59,060 nucleotides of DNA from an uncultured Gammaproteobacteria bacterium (GCA_964458085.1 CAYWFF010000002.1:3473-62532); one strand, 5' to 3'; shown: positions 36,972 to 45,350, numbered from the stretch's first letter. Numbers and translations: made by a program. The notes: generated by a model from the letters alone, not told the origin.

Positions 36972-37660
36972 ACTGTAAAATGTTTCTATCGGGTGGGGGT
37001 TCTGAAAAAGACACTTTTGATTTTGATAAAAAGTTTATTAACTCGCTTAAATTCAGAAAAATCCTCTATATCCCAATTGCTATGGAAAGGGACGCTCAAG
37101 GATACGAAAGCTGCTACGACTGGATAACTTCTTCACTTACCCAATTTGATGATAAATTCATTGAAATATCGATGTGTGTAGATTTGCATGAGATTTCGCT
37201 TTCGAAGTTAAATAATTTTGCAGCGGTTTACTTTGGCGGTGGCAATACATATAGACTTCTGGATAAAATCTACTCTTCTGGCTTTGATAAACTACTATTG
37301 AATTTTATTGAAAATGGAGGAATTTATTATGGTGGAAGTGCAGGAGCAATTGTTATAGGCAAAAGTATTGAAACTGTTCTGGAAGAAAAGGATAAATTTT
37401 ATTCTTTTAGTAAGGGTTTGAAGCTAATTGGAGATTTTTCTTTAGTCTGTCATTTTAATAAACATACTGAGGATAAAATAAAGAATATGGATAAATTTTT
37501 GGATAAACATAATACTCCCGTTATTGCCCTGCCTGAAGATTCGGGACTAATTGTAGATAGGGATAAAATCCAAATGTTCGGGAAGTCAGAATCAATGATT
37601 TTTTACCCCAACGGTACGCGAAGAAAGTTCATACAAGGAGAATCAATTAATATAAAGTAG
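36968..37660 (+). CDS. Peptidase S51 family (dipeptidase E/cyanophycinase-like)
   Basis: GGGNTYRLL and nucleophile motif YGGSAGAIV. 4-nt overlap with the upstream gene. Confidence 0.75.
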   Translation: MNCKMFLSGGGSEKDTFDFDKKFINSLKFRKILYIPIAMERDAQGYESCYDWITSSLTQFDDKFIEISMCVDLHEISLSKLNNFAAVYFGGGNTYRLLDKIYSSGFDKLLLNFIENGGIYYGGSAGAIVIGKSIETVLEEKDKFYSFSKGLKLIGDFSLVCHFNKHTEDKIKNMDKFLDKHNTPVIALPEDSGLIVDRDKIQMFGKSESMIFYPNGTRRKFIQGESINIK

Positions 37661-37662
37661 TT

Positions 37663-39321
37663 ATGAAGGTAAAACTTAATATTAATCCAAACAAAAGTAA
37701 TCTTTACCTAGGGATAGGTTCGAATCACGACTTTTCCGGATGTTTAGTTAAGAATGGAAAAATATTCGAAGCTATCGAAGCAGAAAGAATTAGTAAATTA
37801 AAACATTCTCTGGATGCATTTAATCCCTTTAGCTCAGTATTAAAATATTTATTTAATACAAAAGAGGTAAATATTGCCGCATTAGCCTCCTGTGACACAC
37901 TAAGCCCGAAATATTATTACAAATACAAAGACAAAATCAAGCTTTATAATCACCATCTTTGTCATGCCGCAACAGTTTTTTACACTTCCCCTTTTCAAGA
38001 ATCTGCAGTGTTTGTTGCAGATGGTTTAGGAAGTATGTGGGAATTAAACGACGGAGGCTATAAATATGAAACGTACTCTTATTATCAAGGGAATAATAAT
38101 AAATTAAAACTTATGAGCAAGCAATTCGGCGTAGTCGATAACTCTCTGGATGAAACACACTTACATCAAATATATATTCCCAACTCAATGGGGCTTTTTT
38201 ATAACTACATTACTAAAATAGTTGGATTTAATTTTTTGGACGACGGAAAAACGATGGGTCTTTCAGCATACGGCAATCCGGATGCTTTTTATAAAGAATT
38301 CCTCAAATTCTTCAGTTTCAAGAAAGATGGAATTGTAGACAATAATTTTGCTAAGAAAGAGGTAGATTATTATTCAGACATGGTAAGCTCATGCGCGGAT
38401 GCAAAAAAACAATTCAAAATAAAAGCAGATATTGCTGCCTCCGCACAAAAGGTTTTTGAAGAATGTTACTTTTATTGTTTAAATTATCTCTACCAAGAAA
38501 CTAAAAATGAAAATCTTTGTCTAAGCGGAGGGATTGTACTAAATAGTGTGGCGAATGGCAAAATCAAAAAGATGACTTCTTTTAAAAAGATACACTACTT
38601 TCCCGGCTGTGGGGACGACTCTATAGCTATTGGATCTGCATTTTTAGCTTATCTGGAGGATCATCGGGAAAATTCTAAAAGGTTAGTTAACTGGCAAACT
38701 CCTTTCTTAGGTAAAGATTATACAGATGACATCATCGAGTCGAAGTTAAGGAAGTATAAAGTAAAATTTAAAAAATCTGAAGATATATATAAAACGTCAG
38801 CAAACTTACTTGCCGAAGGAAAGATTGTTGGCTGGTTCACAGGAAAATCTGAATTTGGCCCTCGGGCTTTAGGTCATAGAAGCATAGTGGTTGATCCTCG
38901 AAACCCGAAAATAAAAGATATTCTTAATGACCGTGTTAAACACCGGGAATTTTTCAGGCCGTTTGCCCCAGCTATATTAGAAGAATACACAGACGAATAT
39001 TTTGATGTTATCAATTCTCCATCTCCTTACATGCTCGAGGTATTTCCCATTAAAAAAGATAAACAATCTTTAATTCCAGCGGTTGTACATAACGATGGAA
39101 CCGGACGTATACAAACGGTCGGAAGAAAAAACACCGAGTTTTATAAACTTATTAATGAATTTTTTAAGTTAACAGGTGTACCTGTAATATTAAACACATC
39201 ATTTAATATTAATAAGATGCCCATTGTTGAAACCCCGGAAGATGCAATTAACTGTTTCTTAAACACGGAGATTGATGTGCTTTCTATTGGAAACTATATA
39301 TGTACAAAAAACTCTGGCTAG
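37663..39321 (+). CDS. Carbamoyltransferase (NodU/CmcH family)
   Basis: Metal-binding NHHLCHA, ...LCLSGGIVLNSVANG..., EFGPRALGHRSI and NTSFN motifs. Length 552 aa. Confidence 0.85.
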   Translation: MKVKLNINPNKSNLYLGIGSNHDFSGCLVKNGKIFEAIEAERISKLKHSLDAFNPFSSVLKYLFNTKEVNIAALASCDTLSPKYYYKYKDKIKLYNHHLCHAATVFYTSPFQESAVFVADGLGSMWELNDGGYKYETYSYYQGNNNKLKLMSKQFGVVDNSLDETHLHQIYIPNSMGLFYNYITKIVGFNFLDDGKTMGLSAYGNPDAFYKEFLKFFSFKKDGIVDNNFAKKEVDYYSDMVSSCADAKKQFKIKADIAASAQKVFEECYFYCLNYLYQETKNENLCLSGGIVLNSVANGKIKKMTSFKKIHYFPGCGDDSIAIGSAFLAYLEDHRENSKRLVNWQTPFLGKDYTDDIIESKLRKYKVKFKKSEDIYKTSANLLAEGKIVGWFTGKSEFGPRALGHRSIVVDPRNPKIKDILNDRVKHREFFRPFAPAILEEYTDEYFDVINSPSPYMLEVFPIKKDKQSLIPAVVHNDGTGRIQTVGRKNTEFYKLINEFFKLTGVPVILNTSFNINKMPIVETPEDAINCFLNTEIDVLSIGNYICTKNSG

Positions 39322-40265
39322 CCGTAAAGATAATTAACGGTGTTTTTGTAAGTAATAGCAGACACGGCATCGGATGATAATTTCAGGAGGTCAACTAGAA
39401 CGTTTACCTCATCAAAATAACTATTTTCGCTTCTTATTTTGCCGTTTGAATTGATTGACGTTGTCCATGGTTCATCAGTTCCCCAAATAAGATGATCTTT
39501 CAAAACACCAAAGTATCTATTTAACGAGGCCGCGGGATTTTGAAAATCGATTAAATTGGGAAAATTAACTATTTCACTTTTTTCCTCGACTGCTCTACAA
39601 ATCTGCAAGAATGGCGCACAATCTATAAATATATTTTGATGCCTAGGTACTTCCTTAATTATTTCCTGATCAAGTCCTCCCAAATGAGCAATACAAACAC
39701 GAAGTTCCGGTAAAGTCTCGCCCAATTCAATAATATTTCGTGGGTGTGAAAGTCGATCCAATCCAGCATGTATTAAGATTGGAAGGTTCCGCTCAACTGC
39801 GAAGTCACCGATTCCGCTTTTTGCAATTTCAAGCGCCCGGCAACCACTAGCTAACGAGTGGAATTTTAGACCAAATATTTGCCGTCTGTCATGTAAATTT
39901 CCCAGGAAAGCCAATTGTTCAGGCACTTTTGTGGTCGGATCCACACAAGCAAAAGGGATAACGGCCTCAATTCGCTTCGAATCGTTTACAAGAACGAAAT
40001 TCTCCTGCTGGTACGGAAAATCTTGTTGGCCACTGCGTTCTTTTCTACCTTCGGTTACCAAAATTCTCGCATTAAAATAAGACGAGCCTGGAAACGGGGT
40101 CGTAATTGCTCGATTTACACCTGCAAATTTTACTTTTAAAGCAAGATCTTCAACCGCCTGGGAGTGCGGAATATTACCCATGAAGAAATTATATGTATCT
40201 GTACCACCAGAATGGGTATGAGAGTCAATTACGTTGTTTATCCCCAACTCTTTTAATGATGTCAT
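39318..40265 (-). CDS. Metal-dependent amidohydrolase (TIM-barrel, Amidohydro_2-like)
   Basis: N-terminal VIDSHTHSG and later HAG/HLGG metal-ligand motifs. Confidence 0.7.
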   Translation of the reverse strand: MTSLKELGINNVIDSHTHSGGTDTYNFFMGNIPHSQAVEDLALKVKFAGVNRAITTPFPGSSYFNARILVTEGRKERSGQQDFPYQQENFVLVNDSKRIEAVIPFACVDPTTKVPEQLAFLGNLHDRRQIFGLKFHSLASGCRALEIAKSGIGDFAVERNLPILIHAGLDRLSHPRNIIELGETLPELRVCIAHLGGLDQEIIKEVPRHQNIFIDCAPFLQICRAVEEKSEIVNFPNLIDFQNPAASLNRYFGVLKDHLIWGTDEPWTTSINSNGKIRSENSYFDEVNVLVDLLKLSSDAVSAITYKNTVNYLYG

Positions 40266-40272
40266 ATGTTCA

Positions 40273-41517
40273 TTAAAAATTAACGTTATTCCCGTTTATA
40301 AACTCGTCCGTCACTGAACTTATATTTTTTAGACCATCTTTAATGATTTTCGTAATAATACTTTTGTTAGCATCCGAAATGACCCTAACTTTCCAAGGAT
40401 CCTTTAATGGCGCGCCGTTTTGCGAAACCATCTCTATGATATTCGCCTTACCTGTTTTCTGAAAAATTTCTTTGGAAAGTTTTTTTGTTAAAACTGCATA
40501 GATAAATCCAGAATAATATCTCGGATTTTTTCCATTTGTGCCCTCCAGACTCATAGGACGGTTTGATGTTATTAATCCGTTTGTTCTATTGCCTCTACCT
40601 GAAACCCCAATATCGCCAGACAAAGAAGATCCAGTAACAGTTAGGTAAACATTCATTTTCTCATAATCATCCTTGGTGTTTAGTGATAGGTTAATATTAT
40701 TTCCGGGCAATGAGGCTGTAAATTTTTTGTAAATAAGTCTTCCTATTTGATTTAAATTTTTCTTGTAAATTTCTAAAGACTCTACGTGCTTGGCTATCTG
40801 TGGTATACACATTGTAATTGAAATATTTTTTTTATCCCTAATGGCCATAATCTTTATATCAGTACCGAGCCAGGGATATCTGTGTTTCGTTGACTTCTGA
40901 TTTAAAAAGTTTTCAACAGTAAGGACTGTAGATTCTAAATTCGAATAAGGAGCATATGCTACGCAATACGAAGTATCATTCGCCACCAGTTTTTCATATC
41001 CTCTAACCTCTTTATTGTTTTTTGGGGCAAACATACTAGCAATTGCACCCTTACTGGATAGTATTGTTCCCGGTCCGGGGTAAGAAGTTAAATTGTTTTG
41101 GATTAAGTAATCCCGAGAATATTTTAAATCCGGAAACATCATATTGAAGTATTCTCTAATTGTTGACGTTGTAATTTTATCAATCGGAATTATTTTTTCC
41201 TTATAGGAACCAGAGGCTCTCCCCGCAACTATAATTTTGATTGGTTCGACAAATCGCCCCTTTCCATAACTAACCTCGGTCTTACCGCCAATAACCATTA
41301 CTTTGTCTATTTGATGATGAAGAATTAGATTGTCACAATTTTTAAGAGTATACCTTGAGTATGCCAAACTTATATTCGCAGCTATTGCATCTGCTATTGT
41401 ATCTGGGTGACCCAACCCCTTCCTTTCAATAGTTTCAAAATCTTTATTAAAGGGTTTACTATTATAAATAGTTATCTCCATTTTTTTAATTGCATCAGGT
41501 CCATATATATAATCCAT
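40273..41517 (-). CDS. Archaeal-type S-adenosylmethionine synthetase (methionine adenosyltransferase)
   Basis: ERKGLGHPDTIAD, ANDTSYCVAYAP, YLTVTGSSLSGDIGVSGRGNRTNGLIT and SLEGTNGKNP are collinear with the remembered Methanocaldococcus MAT sequence. Confidence 0.85.
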   Translation of the reverse strand: MDYIYGPDAIKKMEITIYNSKPFNKDFETIERKGLGHPDTIADAIAANISLAYSRYTLKNCDNLILHHQIDKVMVIGGKTEVSYGKGRFVEPIKIIVAGRASGSYKEKIIPIDKITTSTIREYFNMMFPDLKYSRDYLIQNNLTSYPGPGTILSSKGAIASMFAPKNNKEVRGYEKLVANDTSYCVAYAPYSNLESTVLTVENFLNQKSTKHRYPWLGTDIKIMAIRDKKNISITMCIPQIAKHVESLEIYKKNLNQIGRLIYKKFTASLPGNNINLSLNTKDDYEKMNVYLTVTGSSLSGDIGVSGRGNRTNGLITSNRPMSLEGTNGKNPRYYSGFIYAVLTKKLSKEIFQKTGKANIIEMVSQNGAPLKDPWKVRVISDANKSIITKIIKDGLKNISSVTDEFINGNNVNF

Positions 41518-41522
41518 ATTTA

Positions 41523-42587
41523 TTAAATTTGTTGGTTTAAAGTGTCCGAAAATCTATCATTTATTTGCCTGTCTGTATAATTACAATCAACACATTTTAC
41601 TTCCCTAAGCATTGCCCGTCTTATTGACTTACTATTTCTCCAGACATTTTCAAAAGCATTTGCACTATCATCGTTTAAATCAACGGCCATATTTCCCATA
41701 AGATAACCATTAACTTCCCTCGGTTGTGCACCCAAGCAACAACTATATAAATCACCATAAGGATTAATTGCTGATTTGAAATATGGAATAACACATGGAC
41801 GGCCGATCTTAAATCTATCTAACTGTGTTCTAATTTCTACAGCATCACCCCAGTATGCCTTCACTAATGATAGTGATTTTTCTACACCGTCTCTCTGCGT
41901 GTCAGGAATGTATTTTCCATATATGTCATGCTTGAAAATTACTTTATCAACTCCAACCTCACCCAGCAAAGTATCCGCAAATTGAACTATCTCTCCTTGA
42001 TTATGCGGGTTTGTTATAAATGATGCACCGACTAACAAATTAGTATTTTGTCTTTTCTTTTCTTCCACGACACCTCTAATGTTAACTAAAGTAGTACCAA
42101 GTAATGACGGATCAACATTCCGGATTAAAGAATATGTATCAGGATTAACTGTATCCATGCTGAATCGAATTTCAACGCAATTTACAATATCCGAAAGAAG
42201 ATCGTTTGGTATAAAATTGCCATTTGTCACAATTCTGGTGTTAAGGTTTCTGAGTTGAGCCTCTTTAATAAATGTTCTGATGTTTCTTGATAAAAAAGGT
42301 TCACCACCTCCAGAAATCGAATACTCTCTAATTTTTAGTTCTGCTAAATTAGCAATAAGATTTCTTATTTGGTTTTCAGAGAGATATCTTGATGTATCCC
42401 TATCTTTCCCAAAACCTTTCCCTCCATGAAAGCAATAGTTACAACCCTGATTACAAATATCGGTTGGATGAACTTCAACACTAATAGGATATGGATCATA
42501 ACCTTTAATAACTTCTCCAAATACCGCCTCGGTTTGACTTAGCAAGATAGCTTCCTGTTTCATAGTTTCAGGAATTATATCACTCAT
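41523..42587 (-). CDS. Radical SAM enzyme with C-terminal auxiliary-cluster (SPASM/twitch-like) region
   Basis: CNQGCNYC (CX3CX2C), SGGGEP, and C-terminal cysteines (CVIPYF...YSCC...CVDC). Confidence 0.88.
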   Translation of the reverse strand: MSDIIPETMKQEAILLSQTEAVFGEVIKGYDPYPISVEVHPTDICNQGCNYCFHGGKGFGKDRDTSRYLSENQIRNLIANLAELKIREYSISGGGEPFLSRNIRTFIKEAQLRNLNTRIVTNGNFIPNDLLSDIVNCVEIRFSMDTVNPDTYSLIRNVDPSLLGTTLVNIRGVVEEKKRQNTNLLVGASFITNPHNQGEIVQFADTLLGEVGVDKVIFKHDIYGKYIPDTQRDGVEKSLSLVKAYWGDAVEIRTQLDRFKIGRPCVIPYFKSAINPYGDLYSCCLGAQPREVNGYLMGNMAVDLNDDSANAFENVWRNSKSIRRAMLREVKCVDCNYTDRQINDRFSDTLNQQI

Positions 42588-42750
42588 ACTTCATTTTTTC
42601 CCTATATCACTAAAAAAAGAGAAAATTATAATTTCTATTTCTTTGTATATAGCTTTGGATACCCGACTATTCTCAAGTTTGCTTCTGGTGTCATCTCTTG
42701 AGCATTGCACCAAGGTTTCGTTTATATACATATTGTTGTGCTTCATAAAT

Positions 42751-43127
42751 GAACTGATATTCATATCAATGTCCCATCAGTTGAAACTCAAAAACTTATC
42801 AGTGAAAATTCCAAAGGAGAGCCTTCGCAACTCATTCAATTGAGGGTTCAAAAAGCAAGAAATATGCAAATAAAGCGTTTCAAAGAAAGTAAATTAAAAT
42901 CAAACAGTGAAATGTCTACAAAAGATGTCAATAATTTTTGTCCTCTGACAACGAACTGTAAACAAATGATGCTTTCCGCAGTTTCTGCGATGAATTTGTC
43001 TGCCCGTTCGTACTTTAAAGTAATTAAAGTGGCAAGGACTATTGCTGATTTGGCGGAAGTTAATGAAATAGCCCCTGAGCACATTGCAGAGTCACTTCAA
43101 TACCGCCATAAAGAAAAAGATATGTAA
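42751..43127 (+). pseudogene. comM/yifB 3'-end remnant (copy 3 of the 377-bp repeat; probably the displaced ancestral gene end)
   Basis: Translation TDIHINVPSVETQKLISEN...AESLQYRHKEKDM matches 71 of 124 positions of the intact C-terminus (hand count). An in-frame TGA lies immediately upstream. The track ORF at 42840 covers only its distal part. Confidence 0.8.
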
Positions 43128-43165
43128 AATTATTAAACCGGCTAAAGTTCCGATATACTGAAAGC

Positions 43166-43609
43166 GTGAAGGCAGTCATCCAACGGGTTTCTCAGGCGGT
43201 TGTTAGAGAAAAATCAACTCATGAAGTATTAGGAGAGATCGGACCCGGTCTTTTTATTCTTCTTGGTGTTGAAGATTCTGATACGTTTGACACGGTTGAC
43301 AAGTTTGTAAAAAAGGTCTCAAATATCAGAGTCTTTTCGGATAAACACGACAAAATGAATCTTTCTTTAACAGATGTCGCTTTCAGTGTTTTATTAGTTT
43401 CCCAGTTTACGCTTCTTGCCGATACTGAAAAAGGCAATAAGCCTTCGTTTACAAAAGCCGCGAACCCTGCTTTTGCTAAGGAAATTTATCTTAAGTGTAT
43501 AGATGAATTTAAAAACCAGGGTGTCAAAATCGAAAGTGGAGAATTCGGAGCTTATATGGAAATTGAAACTTTGTGTGACGGTCCCGTAACTATTGCTCTT
43601 AACTTTTAA
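43166..43609 (+). CDS. dtd: D-aminoacyl-tRNA deacylase
   Basis: N-terminus MKAVIQRVSQAVV, ...SQFTLLADT.KGN.PSF... and C-terminal GPVTI. Length 147 aa. Confidence 0.9.
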   Translation: MKAVIQRVSQAVVREKSTHEVLGEIGPGLFILLGVEDSDTFDTVDKFVKKVSNIRVFSDKHDKMNLSLTDVAFSVLLVSQFTLLADTEKGNKPSFTKAANPAFAKEIYLKCIDEFKNQGVKIESGEFGAYMEIETLCDGPVTIALNF

Positions 43610-43611
43610 TT

Positions 43612-44247
43612 ATGCTTATGCGTTCCTATCTGAGAAGTACAATTTTAAAGCCCCGCAATATAATTCGTAATTGCTTTACTACCAGCGGAATTGCTTTTAT
43701 CCTGACCTTGCTAGTGACTCTGTATATTTTTGCAGTAATGCAGGGCTATGCCATGGGATCTTCGTCTACCTCAAAAACAGCTCCTATAATCGCAAAAGTA
43801 ATAGTTACTCCCACTATGTTTCCCGAAACACCCACTCCTACAACTAAACCGGCGGGCCCTAAAAAAGCTACAGCTTTATGGGGCGGACCTGAATTGTGGG
43901 ATGCAGTAAATAAAAAGCGTCAGGAGTTGGGGGTAAATCCTTTGGGACTCAGGACAGAACTTTGTACAATTGCTTCTCTGAGGCTGAATGAATTATTGGA
44001 TTTAGGGAAACTTGACGGCCATGCAGGATTTACAAAGTTAACGGAAAACAGACCGGAGCTTGCATGGATTTTTGAGAATTACAATCATACAGCAGAATTT
44101 CTTGCCCAGGGTGGAAGCACTCCGCAAGAAACGGTTGCAATGTGGGAGAACACCTTAGGCCACTCTAAACTACTTAAAGGGGGAGAATATGTTTGGGGAT
44201 GTATTTATGCTCAAAATACGATTGCGGTTGCGATAGCAGCGTTTTAA
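43612..44247 (+). CDS. Membrane-anchored CAP/SCP (YkwD-like) domain protein
   Basis: TM anchor, TP-rich linker, and a CAP-like C-terminal region (NKKRQELGVNPL...MWENTLGHSKLL). Confidence 0.55.
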   Translation: MLMRSYLRSTILKPRNIIRNCFTTSGIAFILTLLVTLYIFAVMQGYAMGSSSTSKTAPIIAKVIVTPTMFPETPTPTTKPAGPKKATALWGGPELWDAVNKKRQELGVNPLGLRTELCTIASLRLNELLDLGKLDGHAGFTKLTENRPELAWIFENYNHTAEFLAQGGSTPQETVAMWENTLGHSKLLKGGEYVWGCIYAQNTIAVAIAAF

Positions 44248-44315
44248 AATATTCCTTTAAACACCAAGAGAAACCCATTAAGGGTTCTCCTGGAGTTAAG
44301 GTTAAAGGAAAAAGT

Positions 44316-44459
44316 TTACTTAGCGTTACCTTTGATTTTGAACATCTTGGTTCCGCAGACTTCACACACAGCTTCCATAGCCATTTTTCCGTTCTTCATG
44401 GTGACGTCTTTTGCGTCTTTCCCTTCGCGTTTCGCGCGACATTTAACACAGTACATCAT
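44316..44459 (-). CDS. DUF5679-like small zinc-ribbon protein (47 aa, absent from the ORF track)
   Basis: Minus-strand translation MMYCVKCRAKREGKDAKDVTMKNGKMAMEAVCEVCGTKMFKIKGNAK with a CxxC...CxxC pattern. Strong RBS GAGGAGGTG lies 7-8 nt upstream. Confidence 0.75.
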   Translation of the reverse strand: MMYCVKCRAKREGKDAKDVTMKNGKMAMEAVCEVCGTKMFKIKGNAK

Positions 44460-44500
44460 TTTCCATTCACCTCCTCTCAGTTAGGGCAGTATACCCTTCC

Positions 44501-44782
44501 TTAAGATTGCCAAATAAAGTATAGCATCACTTCAGCTGCAATTATGATTAAGGCAAAGAGTAAACTTTTCGCAATATCTTTCTTAATGCTTGTTAATTGT
44601 GCCGATTGTGCCGATAAATTGGCATTATTAGTCTTAGTTGAGGCTGAGGGTGTATTTTCTTGGGAGCTTTTAAATTGCCTCTTGACAGTAGCCTCAGAAA
44701 TGCTGTTACCAGGCTCCCAATGAATAGCACCATGATTCTTTTTTGCCTGTTCCTTTTGTTTTTTAGTTCGTCGTTTTGCCAT
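44501..44782 (-). CDS. Small basic protein with C-terminal TM anchor (hypothetical)
   Basis: Lys/Arg-rich N-terminus and one C-terminal TM segment. Co-directional with the DUF5679 gene. Confidence 0.45.
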   Translation of the reverse strand: MAKRRTKKQKEQAKKNHGAIHWEPGNSISEATVKRQFKSSQENTPSASTKTNNANLSAQSAQLTSIKKDIAKSLLFALIIIAAEVMLYFIWQS

Positions 44783-44900
44783 TTTTTACAACCTCATTGT
44801 AACTGGTGGACACGAAAAGACAATAGGATTGCTGTTGCTTGACAGTGAGATGGGAAGGTGCCACAATGGCTGAGGTAAATTCGTACTCGGAATTCTTGGT

Positions 44901-45350
44901 ATGCAGCTTTCAAATATATTAGTCAGTATCATTGGTGTATGGACACTTGTACTGAGTGTGGTTTTATGGTTAATTTATTTACGGTTTAACAAGTTAACTA
45001 AAGAGGTTCCGGAAGGTAATTTATTAAAGATTTTAGAAAAAGTAATCAAAAAAGAAGATGAAAACGAGAAAGCAATAAGCGATTTAGGAAAAGAGCTTTC
45101 AAACCAGCAATCGTTAAATTTGACTAATGTCCAAAAAGTAGGATTGGTCCGCTATAATCCTTATAATGAAGTAGGCGGAGACCATAGTTTCTCAATTGCC
45201 CTTCTTACAGGACTTGAACACGGATTTATACTAACAGGTTTACATGCAAGGGAGAGAACGCGTTTGTATGTCAAACCGATAAAATCCGGAAAAAGTGAAT
45301 ACGATCTTTCTAAGGAAGAAAAAAAAGCTTTGACTTTAGCACTAAAATAA
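44901..45350 (+). CDS. DUF4446 family protein
   Basis: N-terminal TM segment followed by VGLVRYNPYNEVGGDHSFSIALL...FILTGLHARERTRLYVKPI, characteristic of the family. Confidence 0.7.
   Translation: MQLSNILVSIIGVWTLVLSVVLWLIYLRFNKLTKEVPEGNLLKILEKVIKKEDENEKAISDLGKELSNQQSLNLTNVQKVGLVRYNPYNEVGGDHSFSIALLTGLEHGFILTGLHARERTRLYVKPIKSGKSEYDLSKEEKKALTLALK

Larger units (their letters stand above)
35683..42750. mobile_element. Putative genomic island B (integrase-less cargo between comM 3'-end copies 2 and 3)
   Basis: Bounded by direct repeats of the comM 3' end. AT-rich. Six convergently arranged enzyme genes and no recombinase. Confidence 0.5.

Noticed and set aside
29277-42750. Integrase, transposase, excisionase, relaxase or phage genes inside the two islands.
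   Set aside because: Every ORF of 60 aa or more on both strands was read. All sizeable ones carry enzyme, transporter or Gre-like motifs, and none shows recombinase-like features such as R..H..R..Y tyrosine-recombinase boxes, a serine-recombinase N-terminus or DDE signatures. A very divergent or sub-60-aa factor cannot be excluded without HMM searches.
42643-42843. 66-aa plus-strand ORF from the track, just upstream of the third comM remnant.
   Set aside because: It begins at a non-ATG codon in the intergenic region between the radical SAM gene start and comM copy 3. From 42751 on it overlaps that copy's 5' part in a different frame. The comM-homologous frame (TDIHINVPSVETQKL...) explains the sequence better, so the ORF is treated as spurious.
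44193-44504. 103-aa plus-strand ORF.
   Set aside because: It is antisense to the DUF5679-like minus-strand gene, which has a strong RBS and CxxC motifs. It also overlaps the end of the CAP-domain gene.
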